Positions 49,920-63,524 of a stretch of 64,000 nucleotides of DNA are shown in pieces. Made by a program: the position numbers and the translations under genes. Origin of the DNA: Mobula hypostoma. Lineage: Eukaryota. Location of the stretch: contig NC_086108.1 of assembly GCF_963921235.1 (NCBI RefSeq), forward strand, positions 17,360,001-17,424,000. Reading direction: 5' to 3'. Numbering within the stretch: position 1 is the stretch's first letter; the number at the start of each line of letters is the position of its first letter. The notes beneath the pieces are model-generated. The model saw nothing but the letters and a program-made list of their open reading frames with translations. It was not told the origin of the DNA and made no database searches.

Positions 49920-52130
49920 GCAGTAACTGATGAGAGTTCTTTGAGAAGGTGACCAGGCAAATAGAAGAAGATAGTGCAGTGGATGTGATCTACATGGATT
50001 TTAGTAAGGTATTTGACAAAGTTCCACATGGTAGGCTTATTCAGAAAGTCAGAAGGCATGTTTGGCCAGGTGGATTCAGAATTGGCTAGCCTGCAGAAGG
50101 CAGAGGGTCATGGTGGAGGAAGTACATTCAGATTGGAGTTCTCAAAGAACTCTATCAGTTTTGTTAGACACGATCTGCCCATCACAAAGCCATGCTGACT
50201 GTCCCTCATCAGACCATGATTCTCGAAATGCCCATAGATCCTATCTCTAAGAATCTTTTCCAACAGCTTTCCCACCACAGACGTAAGACTCACTGGTCCC
50301 ACAAGGATCGGTTCTGGGATCTCTACTTTTCGTGATTTTTATTAACAACCTGGATGTGGGGGTAGAAGGGTGGGTTGGCAAGTTTGCAGACGACGCAAAG
50401 GTTGGTGGTGTTGTAGATAGTGCAGAGGATTGTCGAAGATTGAAGAGAGACATTGATAGGATGCAGAAGTGGACTGAGAAGTGGCAGATGGATTTCAACC
50501 TGGAGAAGTGTGTACACTTTTGGAAGGATGAACTCCAAGGCAGAGTAGAAAGTAAATGGCAGGATACTTGGTAGTGTGGAGGAACAGAGGGATCTGGGGG
50601 TACATGTCCACAGATCCCTGAAAGTTGCCTCACAGGTTGATAGGGTCATTAAGAAAGCTTATGAAGTGTTGGTTTTCAGAAGTCGAGGGATAGAGTTTAA
50701 GAGTCGTGAGGTATTGATACAGCTCTATATAACCCTGGTTAGGCTACACTTGGAGCACTGTGTTTAGTTCTGGTCGCCTCACTATAGGAAGGATGTGGAA
50801 GCATTGGAAAGGGTACAGAGGAGATTTACCAGGATGCTGCCAAGTTTAGAGAGTATGGATTATGATCAGAGATTAAGGGAGCTAGGGCTTTACTCTTTGG
50901 AGAGAAGGAGGATGAGATGTGATAGACGTATACAAGATATTAAGAGGACTAGATAGAGTGGACAGCCAGCGCCTCTTCCCCGGGGTGTGCCTTAGGGATC
51001 TGTTCTGGGACCCCTACTCTTCGTGATTTTTATAAATGACTTGGACCTGGACCTGGATGAGGAAGTGGAGGAATGTGTTAGTAAATTTGCTGATGACACA
51101 AAAGTTGGGGGTGTTGTGGATAGTGTGGAGGGCTGTCAGAGGTTACAACGGGACATTGATAAGATACAAAACTGGTCTGAGAAGTGGCAGATGGAGTTCA
51201 ACCCAGATAAGTGTGAGGTGGTTTATTTTGGTAGGTCAAATATGATGGCAGAATATAGTGTTAATGGTAAGACTCCTGGCAGTGTGGAGGATCAGAGGAA
51301 CCTTGGGGTCCAAGTCCATAGGATACTCAAAGCTGCTGCTGGTTAAGAAGGCATACGGTGCATTGGCCTTCAGCAATCGTGGGATTGAGTTTAAGAGCTG
51401 AGAGATAATGTTGAAGCTATATAGGACCTTGGTCAGACCCCACTTGGAATACTGTGCTCAGCTCTGGGTCGCCTCACTGCAGGAAGGATGTGGAAACCAT
51501 AGAAAGGGTGCAGAGGAGATTTACAAGGATGTTGCCTGGTTTGGGGAGCATGTCTTATGAGAATAGGCTGAGTGAACTCTGCCTTTTCTCTTTGGAGCAA
51601 CGGAGAATGAGAGGTGACCTGACAGAGGTGTACAAGATGATGAGAGGTATTGATCATGTGGATAGAGACTTTTTCCCAGGGCTGAAATGGCTAGCACGTG
51701 AGGGCACAGTTTTAAGGTGATTGGAAGTAGGTACAGAGGAAATGTCAGAGGTAAGTTTTTTATGCAGGGAGTGGTGAGAGTGTGGAATGGGCTGCCGGCA
51801 ACAGTGGTAGATTTGGAAATTATAGGGTTTTTTAAGAGACTCCTGGATAGATACATGGAACTTAGAAAAATAGAGGGCTATGGGTAACCCTAGGTAATTT
51901 CTAAGGTAGGGACATGTTTGGCAGAGCTTTGTGGGTCGAAGGGCCTGTCTTGTGCTGTAGGTTTTCTATGTTTCTATTTTACCAACAGATCCACTGAACC
52001 GCTCTACCTATCTGTCTTTCCTTTCGAAACAATGTGTATCCTTTAATGTTAAGCTCCCAGCTATGATCTGCTTTCAGCCATGACTCAGTAATACCCACAA
52101 CGACATACCTGTCAATGTCCTGATGACTGT
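49920..52130 (+). mobile_element. Mosaic of CR1 RT fragments with an inverted segment (~50137-50297) and a minus-strand EN fragment (51980-52130)
   Basis: ORFs 50332-50574, 50576-50767, 51023-51346 and 51454-51720 on +; 50108-50302 (PVSLTSVVGK...QHGF) on -. Confidence 0.88.
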
Positions 52131-52319
52131 CAGAATCATGCACTGCCAAATTTGAAGCCAGTAAATGCAAAGTGCTTAGTTGGTGTCTACATTAGCTTTT
52201 GCATCCCTGGAAAGCCTCTATATATGCACAGGTCCACTGGGCAACTGATTTGTATGAAGGTTGCCAGTTCTTGGAGAGATAGCAAGAGAAATTAGTAAGA
52301 ATGGTAGAAAGGATATGGG

Positions 52320-52600
52320 GAAAAAAGACTGCTGGAGGAACTCAGTGGGTCATGCAGGATCTTTGGAGGCAGAAGGGTGGTTGGCATTTTTGTGTTGAAA
52401 CCCTGCATCAGGACTGAGAGGGTAAAGGGGAGATGGCCAATATAAAGAGGTCAAGACAAGAGCTGACAATTTGATCCAGGTGATGTGGGGTTGATTAGCA
52501 GGTGGAGGAGGGGTGGTGGAGTTGGCTACAGGGTGGTGATACGCTGAGGCAACAAAGGGCTGCAAATAATAGAATTTGATTAGAGAGGACAGTGAGAAGA
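52320..52600 (-). mobile_element. Old Penelope pseudo-LTR-derived fragment with a decayed hammerhead
   Basis: Minus strand CAGTCCTGATGCAGGGTTTCAACACAAAA...CCCACTGAGTTCCTCCAGCAG resembles the pLTR motif. Confidence 0.55.
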
Positions 52601-53444
52601 ATCAAATAAGGCAGGTAGGGCTGGTAGATGGAAACAGCGGAGGCAGGGATAGGGACTTATTAGATTGAGTATGAGAGTAATGGTCAGCTGGAACTGAGTG
52701 AGAGAGGAAAGAAACTGGTTAGTGGGACTTGTGAAAAGGGCTGGATAGATGGGATACATAAGAATACCTGGATGGATCAGAAGGGAGAGAAAAGGACAAA
52801 GTGTATGAGTTACCACACATACTTATGAATCTGAGAATATGGGGGATTAGTTACTGGGGAAATTGGGACAAGGCAAATGGGCAGCCCTCCTGCCTCTTCA
52901 CTATGTCAGTCTGGTATGTGATCTTGATCTGTATATCTGCCCTTGTTTCATTTCCAGTCATGCTTAATAAAATCTGATTTAATATAACAATCATTCAACA
53001 TCAACTGCTACTTCTAGAGAAGTCTTTAACATTTCTGTCACCTTTTGCATGTAAAACTGTTTCCTTTCTGAAAGGTCTGGATAAATTTTTATGTCCTCTA
53101 CACTTAGATACCCAATATTTGGCCTCAGTAATTTTTAGTTTGGAGCTGAGATCTCAGGCTGAAATAGTCAGCAGGATTTCCATCCCTCTGGTGTGTACAC
53201 TTCAATGAGATCACTTACTCAAACCTGGGTTGTGCCTAGAAAGCCTAAACTGATGGGCTGCTTCACCATTAAGGTGTCCGAAGTTTCTTACATTGATGTT
53301 GGAAATTATAAGGGAAACATTTAGTACAAGTCCCTCCCCATCCACACCCCTTTACACCTCTTGATGCTGAGCATCATTCAGGGTGCTAGCTCTCTATCTC
53401 ACTCCTCTCCCTTGTTTCACTCTCTGAACCTGCATCCTCTATTG

Positions 53445-54370
53445 AAGCTGTAGCCTCTGACTGCCCTCTGCACTATCCACAACACCTCCAACCTTTGTGT
53501 CATCAGCAAACTTACTAACCCATCCCTCCACTTCCTCATCCAAGTAATTTATAAAAATCACGAAGAGTAGGAGTCTCAGAACAATGAGGGGTGACTTCAT
53601 TGAAACCTATTGAATGGTGATAGGCTTTGATAGAGTTAATATGGAGAGGATGTTTCCTATGATGGGAGAGTCTAAGACCAGAGGACACACACAGCCTCAG
53701 AATAGAGGAGTGTCCTTTAAGAACAGAGATGAGGAGGGATTTCTTTAGGCGAAGAGTGGTGATTCTGTGGAACTCTGCAACAAGCAACTGGGGAGGCCAA
53801 GTTTTTATGTATATTTAAGGCAGAGGTTGATATATTCTTGATTGGTCAGGACATGAAGGGATATGGGGAGAAGGTAGGAGACTGGGACTGAGAGGAAAAA
53901 TGATCAGCCATGATGAAATGGTGGAGCAAACTTGATGGGCCACATGGCCTAATTTTGCTCCTATATCTTATGGCCTTGTGGTCTTGCCTGCATTTTATCT
54001 TATTCAACTGGAATTATTTTTCCATCCATCGTACACTTTCTCTAATATTGAAAACAAACTAGGCTAGGCAGTCAGAATCTTTTTCCTTGGTTTGAAATAT
54101 ATTGCTTTTAAGGTGAGAGGGGACATTTTTAAAAGAAATATGTGGGTCAATGTGTTTTGCAGAGTGGTAGGTGCTTTGAATGGGCTGACAGGTCTTACAG
54201 TGGAAACAGATACAATAGTGGGGTTTAAGGGGCTTTTAGATAGACAGGTGAATATGCAGGGAGCATAGGAATATGATTATGTGCAGGCAGAAGAGACAAG
54301 TTGGCATTGGACTTGTCACAGATACGATGGGCCAAAGGGTTATTTCCTGTGCTGTACTCTCTTATGTGCT
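53445..54370. mobile_element. Short CR1 fragments and 3' tails
   Basis: Reverse SKFADDTK segment at ~53460-53575; forward ORF2 C-termini with GGGCC...CCT tails. Confidence 0.7.
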
Positions 54371-55209
54371 AACTTGTTTTTATTTCTTCCAATTCTTGTA
54401 CCTGTAACTGCTTCTTCATCTAGAGATACTATCTGAACTGAGTGCTGACTGTGTCTCGTGTTTTTCTAGTATTTCACAATTGACTCTTGACATCTACAAA
54501 CGTTTGTATTTCCCATTCACTTTGTCTACCCTTATATCTAATTTTATTGTAGATCACATGTGGTAGACAGCATAAGGGCTTGTTGAAGCAGTGGGTGTGG
54601 TGGGGGTGAGAGGTGCGTACTTCACATGGGTTGCTTCTTTCTCTTGTCTATCTGTTAACATCTTATTCCATTCTTCCTCAAGCTGATTTAGCACTCTCCC
54701 CCATACAGAGATGCTATTCACTTCTGTTGCTCCTTTGTGTACCTAGGTGTTATTTGGGGAAAGATGTTCCATACAAATTCTCTTTTGGATTTATTGATGA
54801 TTAAAATATTATCTCCCTACATGAAATTATCACCTTAACAAACCCTTCTCTAATCTCAAAGACCACAACGTAATCCCCTTCGACTTACTTTTGTAAAGAG
54901 AAAATTACCTAGTTCGTTCAACCTCTTGTCAAAGTTAAAAATGCTGTCTATCTTAGAGAGAGAAAAAAGCAACAAAAGCTTGACTGATATGTCTTATGAC
55001 TACATTCCTCTATTTTGTGCATTTTCTGTGATTTATGTGGGTTATATTTGTGGATGTTCTTTCACATTGACTTTGTATCAGTGTATTCCTTCAGCTTCTC
55101 TGCTTAGCTATTGAAGTGTAGCCCCCAGTAAGCCTACTGAACAGGGAGCAATAGGGATGCGAGAGATGCAATAAAGAACAAGTAACAGGATTTATGTAGA
55201 CAAAAAAAC

Positions 55210-55850
55210 TCAGACTGGGAGACCACTTTGCTGAACACCTACGCTCTGTCCGCCAGAGAAAGCAGGATCTCCCAGTGGCCACACATTTTAATTCCACATC
55301 CCATTCCCATTCTGACATGTCTATCCACGGCCTCCTCTACTGTAAAGATGAAGCCACACTCAGGTTGGAGGAACAACACCTTATATTCCGTCTGGGTAGC
55401 CTCCAACCTGATGGCATGAACATTGACTTCTCTAACTTCTGCTAATGCCCCACCTCCCTCTCGTACCCCATCCGTTATTTATTTTTATACACACATTCTT
55501 TCTCTCACTCTCCTTTTTCTCCCTCTGTCCCTCTGACTATACCCCTTGCCCATCCTCTGGTCCCCCCCCCCGCCTTGTCTTTCTCCCTGGGCCTCCTGTC
55601 CTATGATCCTCTCATATCCCCTTTGCCAATCACCTGTCCAGCTCTTGGCTCCATCCCTCCCCCTCCTGTCTTCTCTTACCATTTTGGATCTCCCCCTCCT
55701 CCTCCCCCTCCCCCTCCCACTTTCAAGTCTCTTACTAACTCTTCCTTCAGTTAGTCCTGATGAAGGGTCTCGGCCTGAAACGTCGACTGTACCTCTTCCT
55801 AGAGATGCTGCGTGGCCTGCTGCGTTCACCAGCAACTTTGATGTGTGTTG
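55210..55850 (+). mobile_element. Penelope-like 3' fragment (GIY-YIG C-terminus + pLTR)
   Basis: Near-identical to the reverse complement of ~20425-21070. Confidence 0.93.
55752..55789 (+). ncRNA. Minimal type I hammerhead ribozyme motif
   Basis: UAGUC-CUGAUGA-AGGGUCUCGGCCU-GAAA-C-GUC-GACUG; predicted cleavage after C55784. Confidence 0.82.
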
Positions 55851-56257
55851 CCATTATTATTAACTAGTTCGTGCACACATCGTTGGAGCTCTTATAGAAC
55901 CAGGTCCCCCTTCCTCCAGTTGATGTCCTCCTTCCTCCAGTAGACCCACGAATGGGACCACCCTCGGTGATCGACCAAACGCTCTATTCGAGTCTGTCCG
56001 TGTCTCCTCTCCTCACCAAAGACCCTGGGGCTCGGATTCCCGCTTGGGGTCCGTTCTGTCGCCCAGCTTACAGCATCGCGTCTCCTCTCTCTGTCCCCAT
56101 CGTGCATTCTGCCCAAAGCCTGCGAAAACAATAGCTTACAGACACTCAAGAAAGAATAACATCTATCTCAATTGGTTAGCAAATGAATACAATTCTTGTT
56201 ATCAGTAATTATAACCCAAACAAGCTGCTATAGAGAGAACCGCTGTTTCAGCAGTTA

Positions 56258-56996
56258 ACATAGAACATAGAATAGTACAGCACAGTACAGGCCTTTCGGC
56301 CCACATTGTTGTGCCGACACTCAAACCCTGCCTCCCATATAACCTCCCACCTTAAATTCCTCCATATACCTGTCTAGTAGTCTCTTAAATTTCACTAGTG
56401 TATCTGCCTCCACCACTGACTCAGGCAGTGCATTCCACGCACCAACCACTCTCTGAGTAAAAAAACCTTCCTTTAATATCCCCCTTGAACTTCCCACCCC
56501 TTACCTTAAAGCCATGTCCCCTTGTATTGAGCAGAGGTGCCCTGGGGAAGAGGTGCTGGCTATCCACTCTATCTAGTCCTCTTAATATCTTGTATATCTC
56601 TATCACATTTCCTCTCATCCTCCTTCTCTCCAAAGAGTAAAGCCCTAGCTCCCTTAATCTCTGATCATAATCCATACTCTCTAAACCAGGCAGCATCCTG
56701 GTAAATTTCCTCTGTACCCTTTCCAATGCTTCCACATCCTTCCTATAGTGAGGCGACTAGAAATGGACACAGTGCTCCAAGTGTGGCCTAACCAGAGTTT
56801 TATAGAACTGCACCATTACCCCGCGACTCTTAAACTCTATCCCTCGAGTTATGAAAGCTAACACCCCATAAGCTTTCTTAACTACCCTATCTACCTGTGA
56901 GGCAACTTTCATGGATCTGTGGACATGTACCCCCAGATCCCTCTGCTCCTCCACACTACCAAGTATCCTGCCATTTACTTTGTACTCTGCCTTGTA
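56258..56996 (-). mobile_element. 5'-truncated CR1 (same subfamily as 28668-29433)
   Basis: ORFs 56757-56999 and 56421-56735; (ACATAGA)n tail on +. Confidence 0.92.
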
Positions 56997-58056
56997 CAAA
57001 GATCACAGAGAAGCCATTTTATTATAACATAACAAAGAAGCCATTTTTATTAGCCTTAGCAGTAACATAAAAGAAGAAACCCCTTACAGAAGTTTTGCCT
57101 ATCCTGTATCATGCAACACCACTCCACCCATTAACCAGTATAAGATTGAATGACATACGTTTTGACTATTTTCACCCTCTCAATTTGGGCATTTTCTGTG
57201 GTTTTCAGTATGTGTGTTAGGTTTGTGGATGTTAATCCCACATTGACTTTGTCTCTGTGTATTCCTTCAGCCCAGTAATTCTCTGCTACTAGTTATTCAA
57301 ATTGACAGTTTCAGAAAAATCCTCAGTTCATTGATCTAAATGAAACTTTCAGCTTCATTTGACAAACCTTATGCTTGAACAAACATGCTCTTAATGTTTG
57401 TCTACAGAACTCTTTCTTTGCCTTTGTTCCTCTGAATGGTTTACTGATCAATTTTATTCCAAAGCCATGAATACAAATCTATTCATTTAGAATTGTTCAG
57501 AAAGTTCACTTGGCAGCAACTTGCTTCCCAGGACTTGGTGCCAGGTGACCCTACCTTAAATCAGTCACATCATTTTTTGGATGCAGAATCTTTCCATCAG
57601 ATAGCTTAACTCAATGGAAGAACAGAAAATGAAACAGGGAACTGTTTTTACTACCTGTGGAAAAGGAGAAAGTTGATTTTAGAATGTAGAACACTACAAA
57701 GGCCCAGCGGTCCACTATGTTATGCCAACCTTTTAACTTCCTCTAACATCAGAGTTAGATAACTCTTAGAGGGTTAGATAACTCTTCCTCCTACATGGTA
57801 CATGGAGCTTAGAAAAACAGAGGGCATAGGTAGTTCTAAGGTAAGGAAATGTTTGGCACAGCTTTGTGGGCCAAAGGGCCTGTATTGTGCTGTAGGTTTT
57901 CGATGTTTCTATACATTTTTCTGTTATCCCTGTGTTTATCTAAGAGTTTCTTAAATCTCCCTAATGGAGCTGCCTCTACCATCACCCTGGCTGGGCATTC
58001 CACACACCCACCACTCACTGTGTAAAACACTTACATATCTCTGACATCGACCTATA

Positions 58057-58404
58057 CAGTGCCTATAAAAAGTATTCACCTGCCTTGGAAATTTTCATGT
58101 TTTACAACATTGAATCACAGTGGATTTAATTTGGCTTTTTTGACACTGAGAAATACTCTTTCGTATCAAAGTGAAAACAGATCTCTACAAAGTGATCTAA
58201 AGTAATTACAAATACAAAACACAAAATAATTGATTGCATAAGTGTTCGCACCCTCCCCGTCTTAATATGACACACCAAATCATCACCAGGGCAGCCAATC
58301 GGTTTTAGAAGTCACATAATTTGTTAAATAGAGTTCACTTGTGTACAGTTAAGGTGTTTAAATCGATTGAAGTAAAATACACCTGTGTCTGGGAGGTCCA
58401 GCTG
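58057..58404 (+). mobile_element. Tc1/mariner left end (IR/DR type), truncated by the Nimb-like LINE
   Basis: TA|CAGTGCCTATAAAAAGTATTCACC; inner repeat AAGTGTTCGCACCC near 58240. Confidence 0.75.
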
Positions 58405-59713
58405 CCGAACTGGGTTGTGCCTGTTTGGAGGGTCTGAGAGGGGTTGTCTGTGGGTTTGGTAATGGAGGATGAGACGAGAGGGGGGGTTGAGGGAAAGAGA
58501 GTGGAGAAGGAGCAAGATAGGGATTCAGGATCAGAGGTAGGCAGCTGAGGAGAAATGGATTATTGTGAAGGAAGAAATAAAGGGAATGAGGAGATAGTGA
58601 GGGGATGGATGAATGAAATCCGAGACAAAGGGAATAAAAAAATAAGAAATGATAGTGGAGCGAGCTCTGAAAGTGAGGAAGATGACCAAGTTCAAAGAGA
58701 AGGTATTGTCATAATTAGGTTTAATGAGAAGGCTCAAGGAAGCATGAAGAAAATTAACCTGTTTGTGCTAACAACAACTCTGGCTAATAAGATAGAGGAA
58801 GTAGTATTTGCAAAAGTCCTTAATGATGGCAACCTATTGGTAAGATGTGCGAATGAGGATCAACTTGAGAAAGCACTCAAGCTAAAAGAGATAGGAAAAT
58901 GCAAGATGGAATACACAGGGAGGGTGGGAGCACGAAATGGCGGTGGATGTAAAGGAGTGATCACAGGGCACCAATGAGTATAAATATGGAGGAGTTAAAG
59001 AGGAATATCAAAGGAGGAAAAGTAATGAATGTTCAAAGACTGAAAACAACAAAGGAGGGAATGAAAAGGGAAAGTGAAACAGTATTGATTGAATTTGAAG
59101 AAGAAAGAGTGCCAAGGAAGGTGTTCCTGGGTTTCATGAGTTACCCAGTAAGGGTGTATGTGCCAAAGCTATTGAGGTGCTATAATTGTCAAAGGTTTGG
59201 ACACATAGCTAAAAACTGTAAAAGGCAGAGGAGATGTGCTAGATGTGGGGGTGATCATGAATATGGAAAGTGCGGAACAGGAGTGCAACCAAAATGCTGC
59301 AGTTGTGGAGGAGCTCATAATGTGGCATATAGTGGGTGTGAGGTTATGAGATGGGAGAATAAAATTCAAGAAATAAGAATGAAAAGAAAGATCACTTAGG
59401 CAGAAGCTGTAAGAATGTTAAGAGAACAGAATAATGCTCATTGCAGGAGTGATTAATAGTACGACTGAGGTAAAGTCAAAAAATGACAAAATTTAGCTGG
59501 TGGTCAAAGCAGCAGTGAACCATTTAGGGTTAGTAGGACTGACATGGGAAGAAGTGAGGGAGAACCTCACTAATCAGTCAAGCCAGGAAGTGTCATGGGT
59601 TGGTTAACACTAATGCAAACAACAGGAATTCTGCAGATGCTGGAAATTCAAGCAACATACATCAAAGTTGCTGGTGAATGCAGCAGGCCAAGCAGCATCT
59701 ATAGGAAGAGGCG

Positions 59714-59751
59714 CAGTCAACGTTTCAGGCCGAGACCCTTTGTCAGGACTA
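59714..59751 (-). ncRNA. Hammerhead motif with a broken core (CUGACAA; GUU triplet)
   Basis: G8-to-A change in the CUGANGA box; predicted inactive. Confidence 0.6.
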
Positions 59752-60089
59752 ACTAACCTGATGGCATGAACATTGACTTCTCTAACTTCCACTAGGCCCC
59801 ACCTCCCCCTCGTACCCCAGCTGTTACTCATTTTTATGCACACATTCTTTCTCTCACTCTCCTTTTTCTCCCTCTGTCCCTCTGAATATACCTCTTGCCC
59901 ATCCTCTGGGTCACCCCCCCCCCCGGTCTTTCTTCCCGGACCTCCTGTCCCATGATCCTCTCGTATCCCCTTTTGCCTATCACCTGTCCAGCTCTCGGCT
60001 CTATCCCTCCCCCTCCTGTCTTCTCCTATCATTTTGCATCTCCCCCTCCCCCTCCAGCTTTCAAATCCCTTACTCACTCTTCCTTCAGT

Positions 60090-60127
60090 TAGTCCTGACG
60101 AAGGGTCTCGGCCTGAAACGTCGACTG
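60090..60127 (+). ncRNA. Minimal type I hammerhead ribozyme motif
   Basis: UAGUC-CUGACGA-AGGGUCUCGGCCU-GAAA-C-GUC-GACUG. Confidence 0.8.
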
Positions 60128-60196
60128 CGCCTCTTCCTATAGATGCTGCTTGGCCTGCTGCGTTCACCAGCAACTTTGCTGTATGTTGGTTAATAC

Positions 60197-61047
60197 TGTT
60201 ATGAGAATACACATAAAATTAAGATGTTTGCTGGCCTGGGCTAGCATCAGTGGCATCAGCAATTGGTCTGCCACCTGCCCTCAGGGGAAGGAGAGATAAG
60301 GAACAATGGAGCAGCGTCTGGAGATGTGTAATGAAGGGACGTGGGAGAGAGAGCTGTCTGGAGCGGCTCCCCCTTTGAACCCTGAACTGTTTGAAGTGAT
60401 GGACAGGCGATACCCCAGCAGGGGGATAAAAAGGGACAGGTTCGCTAAGACAGGGACACACGCCACCCGAGGTAATGAGACCCTGGAAGCGGTGCGCCTC
60501 TCACGAGTGGGTGAGAAGTATCAGACAACGACAAGGGTGGAAAGGTACGATCAGCGGGAACCTGGTGTGTGTCCGCCCTTGCCTGGGTGCCGGGTTCACT
60601 GCAGAGGATCGACCGCATCTGGAGGAGGGGTCGCAGTCGGTGACCTCAGGTGACATCACCAAGGACCCGCCCAAAAGTTGCTCGTGAGCATCTCGCCGGT
60701 CTGTGAGTGAAGCTGTGCTGAATGATGAGTTGTTCCTGTTCTCTCTGTCTCTCTTCCCGCACGTTGTCCATCGCCATGGCAACGATTACTGCGAACTGAA
60801 CTACTAACTGGACTGAACTTTGAGTCATTTTGAAATTTGGTCATTTACCCCTAGACAACGATAGAGCTTGATTGATGCTGTTATCTTAATTCTGTGCACA
60901 TGTGCGTTTATCATCGCTGAACTGTTATCCTTTCGATTACTGTGTTGCTTGTTTCTTTAATAAAACTTTCTTAGTTCTAGTACTCCAGACTCCAACTGAG
61001 TGATCCATTTCTGCTGGTTTGGCAACCCAGTTACGGGGTACGTAACA
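60197..61047 (+). mobile_element. Solo LTR of the same family as 45047-49915
   Basis: TGTTATGAGAATACAC...CGTAACA; 4-bp TSD ATAC (60193-60196 / 61048-61051). Confidence 0.96.
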
Positions 61048-63524
61048 ATACTAATTATGGCTATTCTTTTGCAATGGAATGTAAGCAGCTTACTGGCCAA
61101 TAGCCAGGAATTCAAGCACTTTATTAAAGAAATGATCGTAAAACTGAATATAGTGTGTATTCAGGAAACTTGGTTGAAACCAACTTTAAACTTTGTGGTA
61201 TATGGGTATACAATGATAAGGAAAGATAGAAATCTAGGGGGAGGAGGGGATTGTGCTATGTTAATCAAGCAAGGTATACCATGTAGAGTACTGGAAAAAG
61301 GAGATGATCAGGAATACATAGTGGTGGAAGTGGGAGAGAGGGAAGTGGTTATAATTAACTACTACAATCCATGTAAAAGGTTGGATTTGGACAGCCTATT
61401 AAGGATACAAGGACAAAACAGACATAAAATAGTGTCGTGTGCAGATTTCAATGCTCACAGCACAATATGGGGGGGGGGGAATCCGAGTACAGATTCAAAT
61501 GGAAAGGTAATTGAAGATCTGATGGAAGAAAAGGATTTGATGTGTATGAATGGTGGTAGAGGAACAAGGATAAACATAACAACAGGAACTGAGTCAGTAT
61601 TAGATATTATGTTAGTGTCTAATACCTTGGCTGGAGTTAGTAACTGGGGAGTTTGGACTGCTTCACCAGTAGGTAGTGATCACTACTCAGTTTTATGTTC
61701 AGTGGGTGAAAGAGTTTAAGACCAGGTGGTGGAATCCCAAAGTGGGTGTTTGGAAAAGCAGATTGGGATATGTTCCAGAAGTCGAGTGAAGAAGCATTGA
61801 CAAGGATTGACATTTCTGGAAATATAGATGAATTAAACAGTCAGGTGACTTCACCAATTATTATGGCAGCAGAAGGATCTATACCTAGGAGTAAGAATAG
61901 GATGAATAGAAAACTGGTACCATGGTGGACAGAGGAATGTTGTCAGGCTGTAAAAAACAGAAATAGAGCATTCAGGCTGGTTAAAAGAACCCACAATATG
62001 CAGCACTCGATTCAATATGAGAAGGCACAGGCAGTGGTGAGAAGAACTATACGACAAGCTAAAAGGGCAAGTTGGAGGAGTTTTTGCGACAAAATAGGAA
62101 GAACAACACCTGTGGGAGAGGTATGGGGAATGATTAAGAGGATGGGGGGAGATAGAAGGGAATGGGAATATCCAATAATGATATCTGAGGAGGAAACAGC
62201 AGACTTCAGTAGGGATAAGGCTGAGATCATGGCCAAGTTGTTTGTACAGATACACAGTTCAGAAAATTTGTCTGAAGAAGGGAGAAGGAGAAGGGAAAGA
62301 ACAATGAGTCAACACCCAGGTGTGTTAAACAGGAGGGAAGAAACTGATAATATAATTGATGATCCATTTACTTTGGCAGAAATGGTGAGAGCAAAAAAGA
62401 GATAGAGACCAACCTCCCCAGGGAAAGATCTGATATGTTATGCTAAAAAAGTCTAGGAGAAGGAGCGCTCTTGCAGTTGCTGCATTTTTATAACAGAGTG
62501 TGGGAGGAGGGAAGATTACCAAGTGCATGGAAAGAAGCAGTAGTAATTCCAGTAAGGAAATCTGGCAAGGATCCATCAAAACCCACTAGCTACAGATCAA
62601 TAGCATGAACATGAAATATATGCAAGACAATGGAAAGGATGATAACAGAAAGGTTATCGTATGAGCTTGAGAAGAAGGGAATGCTGGCAAGTTATCAGAG
62701 TGGTTTTAGGAAGGGAAGGAATTCCATGGACTCAGTGATAAGGTTAGAGACTGAAATAAGAAAGCCCCAGGCAAATAAAGAATCAGCAGTTGCAGTGTTT
62801 TTTGACATAGAAAAACCCTATGATATGATGTGGAAGGAAATGGCACCCAGTTCCACAGTTGTGTAATTAAACTGCACAAGATGGGGGTTGGTGGGAGAGT
62901 TTTTAATTGGATTAAAGATTTTTTGTTTGGTAGAAAATTTCAAGTTCTGATTGGATCAGAATTATCAAAACAATACATAGTGGGAAATGGCACACCTCAA
63001 AGTAGTGTGATTAGCCCATTACTTGTCATCATTATGATCAATGATGTTTTCACAAAGGTACCAGTGGATATAGGTACGTCACTGTTTGCGGATGGTGGGG
63101 CCTTTTAGAAAAGAGGCAGGAACATGGAGCATATAATCAGGAAACTACAAGGAGCAATTTATGAAGTGGTGGAGTGGGGTAATGATTGGGGATGTAGATT
63201 TTCAGCAGAAAAAACTCAAACTGTATTTTTCACCAGGAAAAGAATTGAGGTAGGGAAGAAATTAAGGATGTATGGGATTGAATTAGAAAGGGTTGGATCA
63301 TTTAAGTTTCTTGGAGTTATATTTGATTCACGATTAACATGGACAGACCATATCAGGAAAGTTGAGGAGAAATGTCAAAATAGTAATAAATGTGATGAGA
63401 TGTTTGACTGGTAGGGAATGGGGAGCAAGTTGTTCAGCGTTGAAGAGAATGTGTGTGGCTTTAGTAAGATCTGTGTTGGACTATGGAAATATAGCATATG
63501 GATCAGCAGCTAGGTCTCTTATAA

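Larger units (their letters stand above)
55117..57088 (-). mobile_element. Solo LTR interrupted by a Penelope fragment and a CR1
   Basis: TGTAG...TTACA termini with 4-bp TSD GAAG (55113-55116 / 57089-57092). Confidence 0.75.
59615..60184 (+). mobile_element. Short Penelope insertion: inverted pLTR piece (59615-59755) joined to a direct 3' end
   Basis: ~100-bp inverted repeat (59654-59755 vs 60087-60187); TSD GTTGGTTAA(C/T)ACTAAT. Confidence 0.9.
58405..63523 (+). mobile_element. Nimb/I-group LINE (degenerate): ORF1 with three zinc knuckles, ORF2 EN + RT; interrupted between the ORFs
   Basis: CYNCQRFGHIAKNC, CARCGGDH...C, CCSCGGAH...C; ILLQWNV, CIQETWL, DFNAH, GSDH; YQSGFRKGR, VFFDIEKPYD, NGTPQSSVISP, SLFADG, FKFLGVIFDSRLTW. 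Confidence 0.9.
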
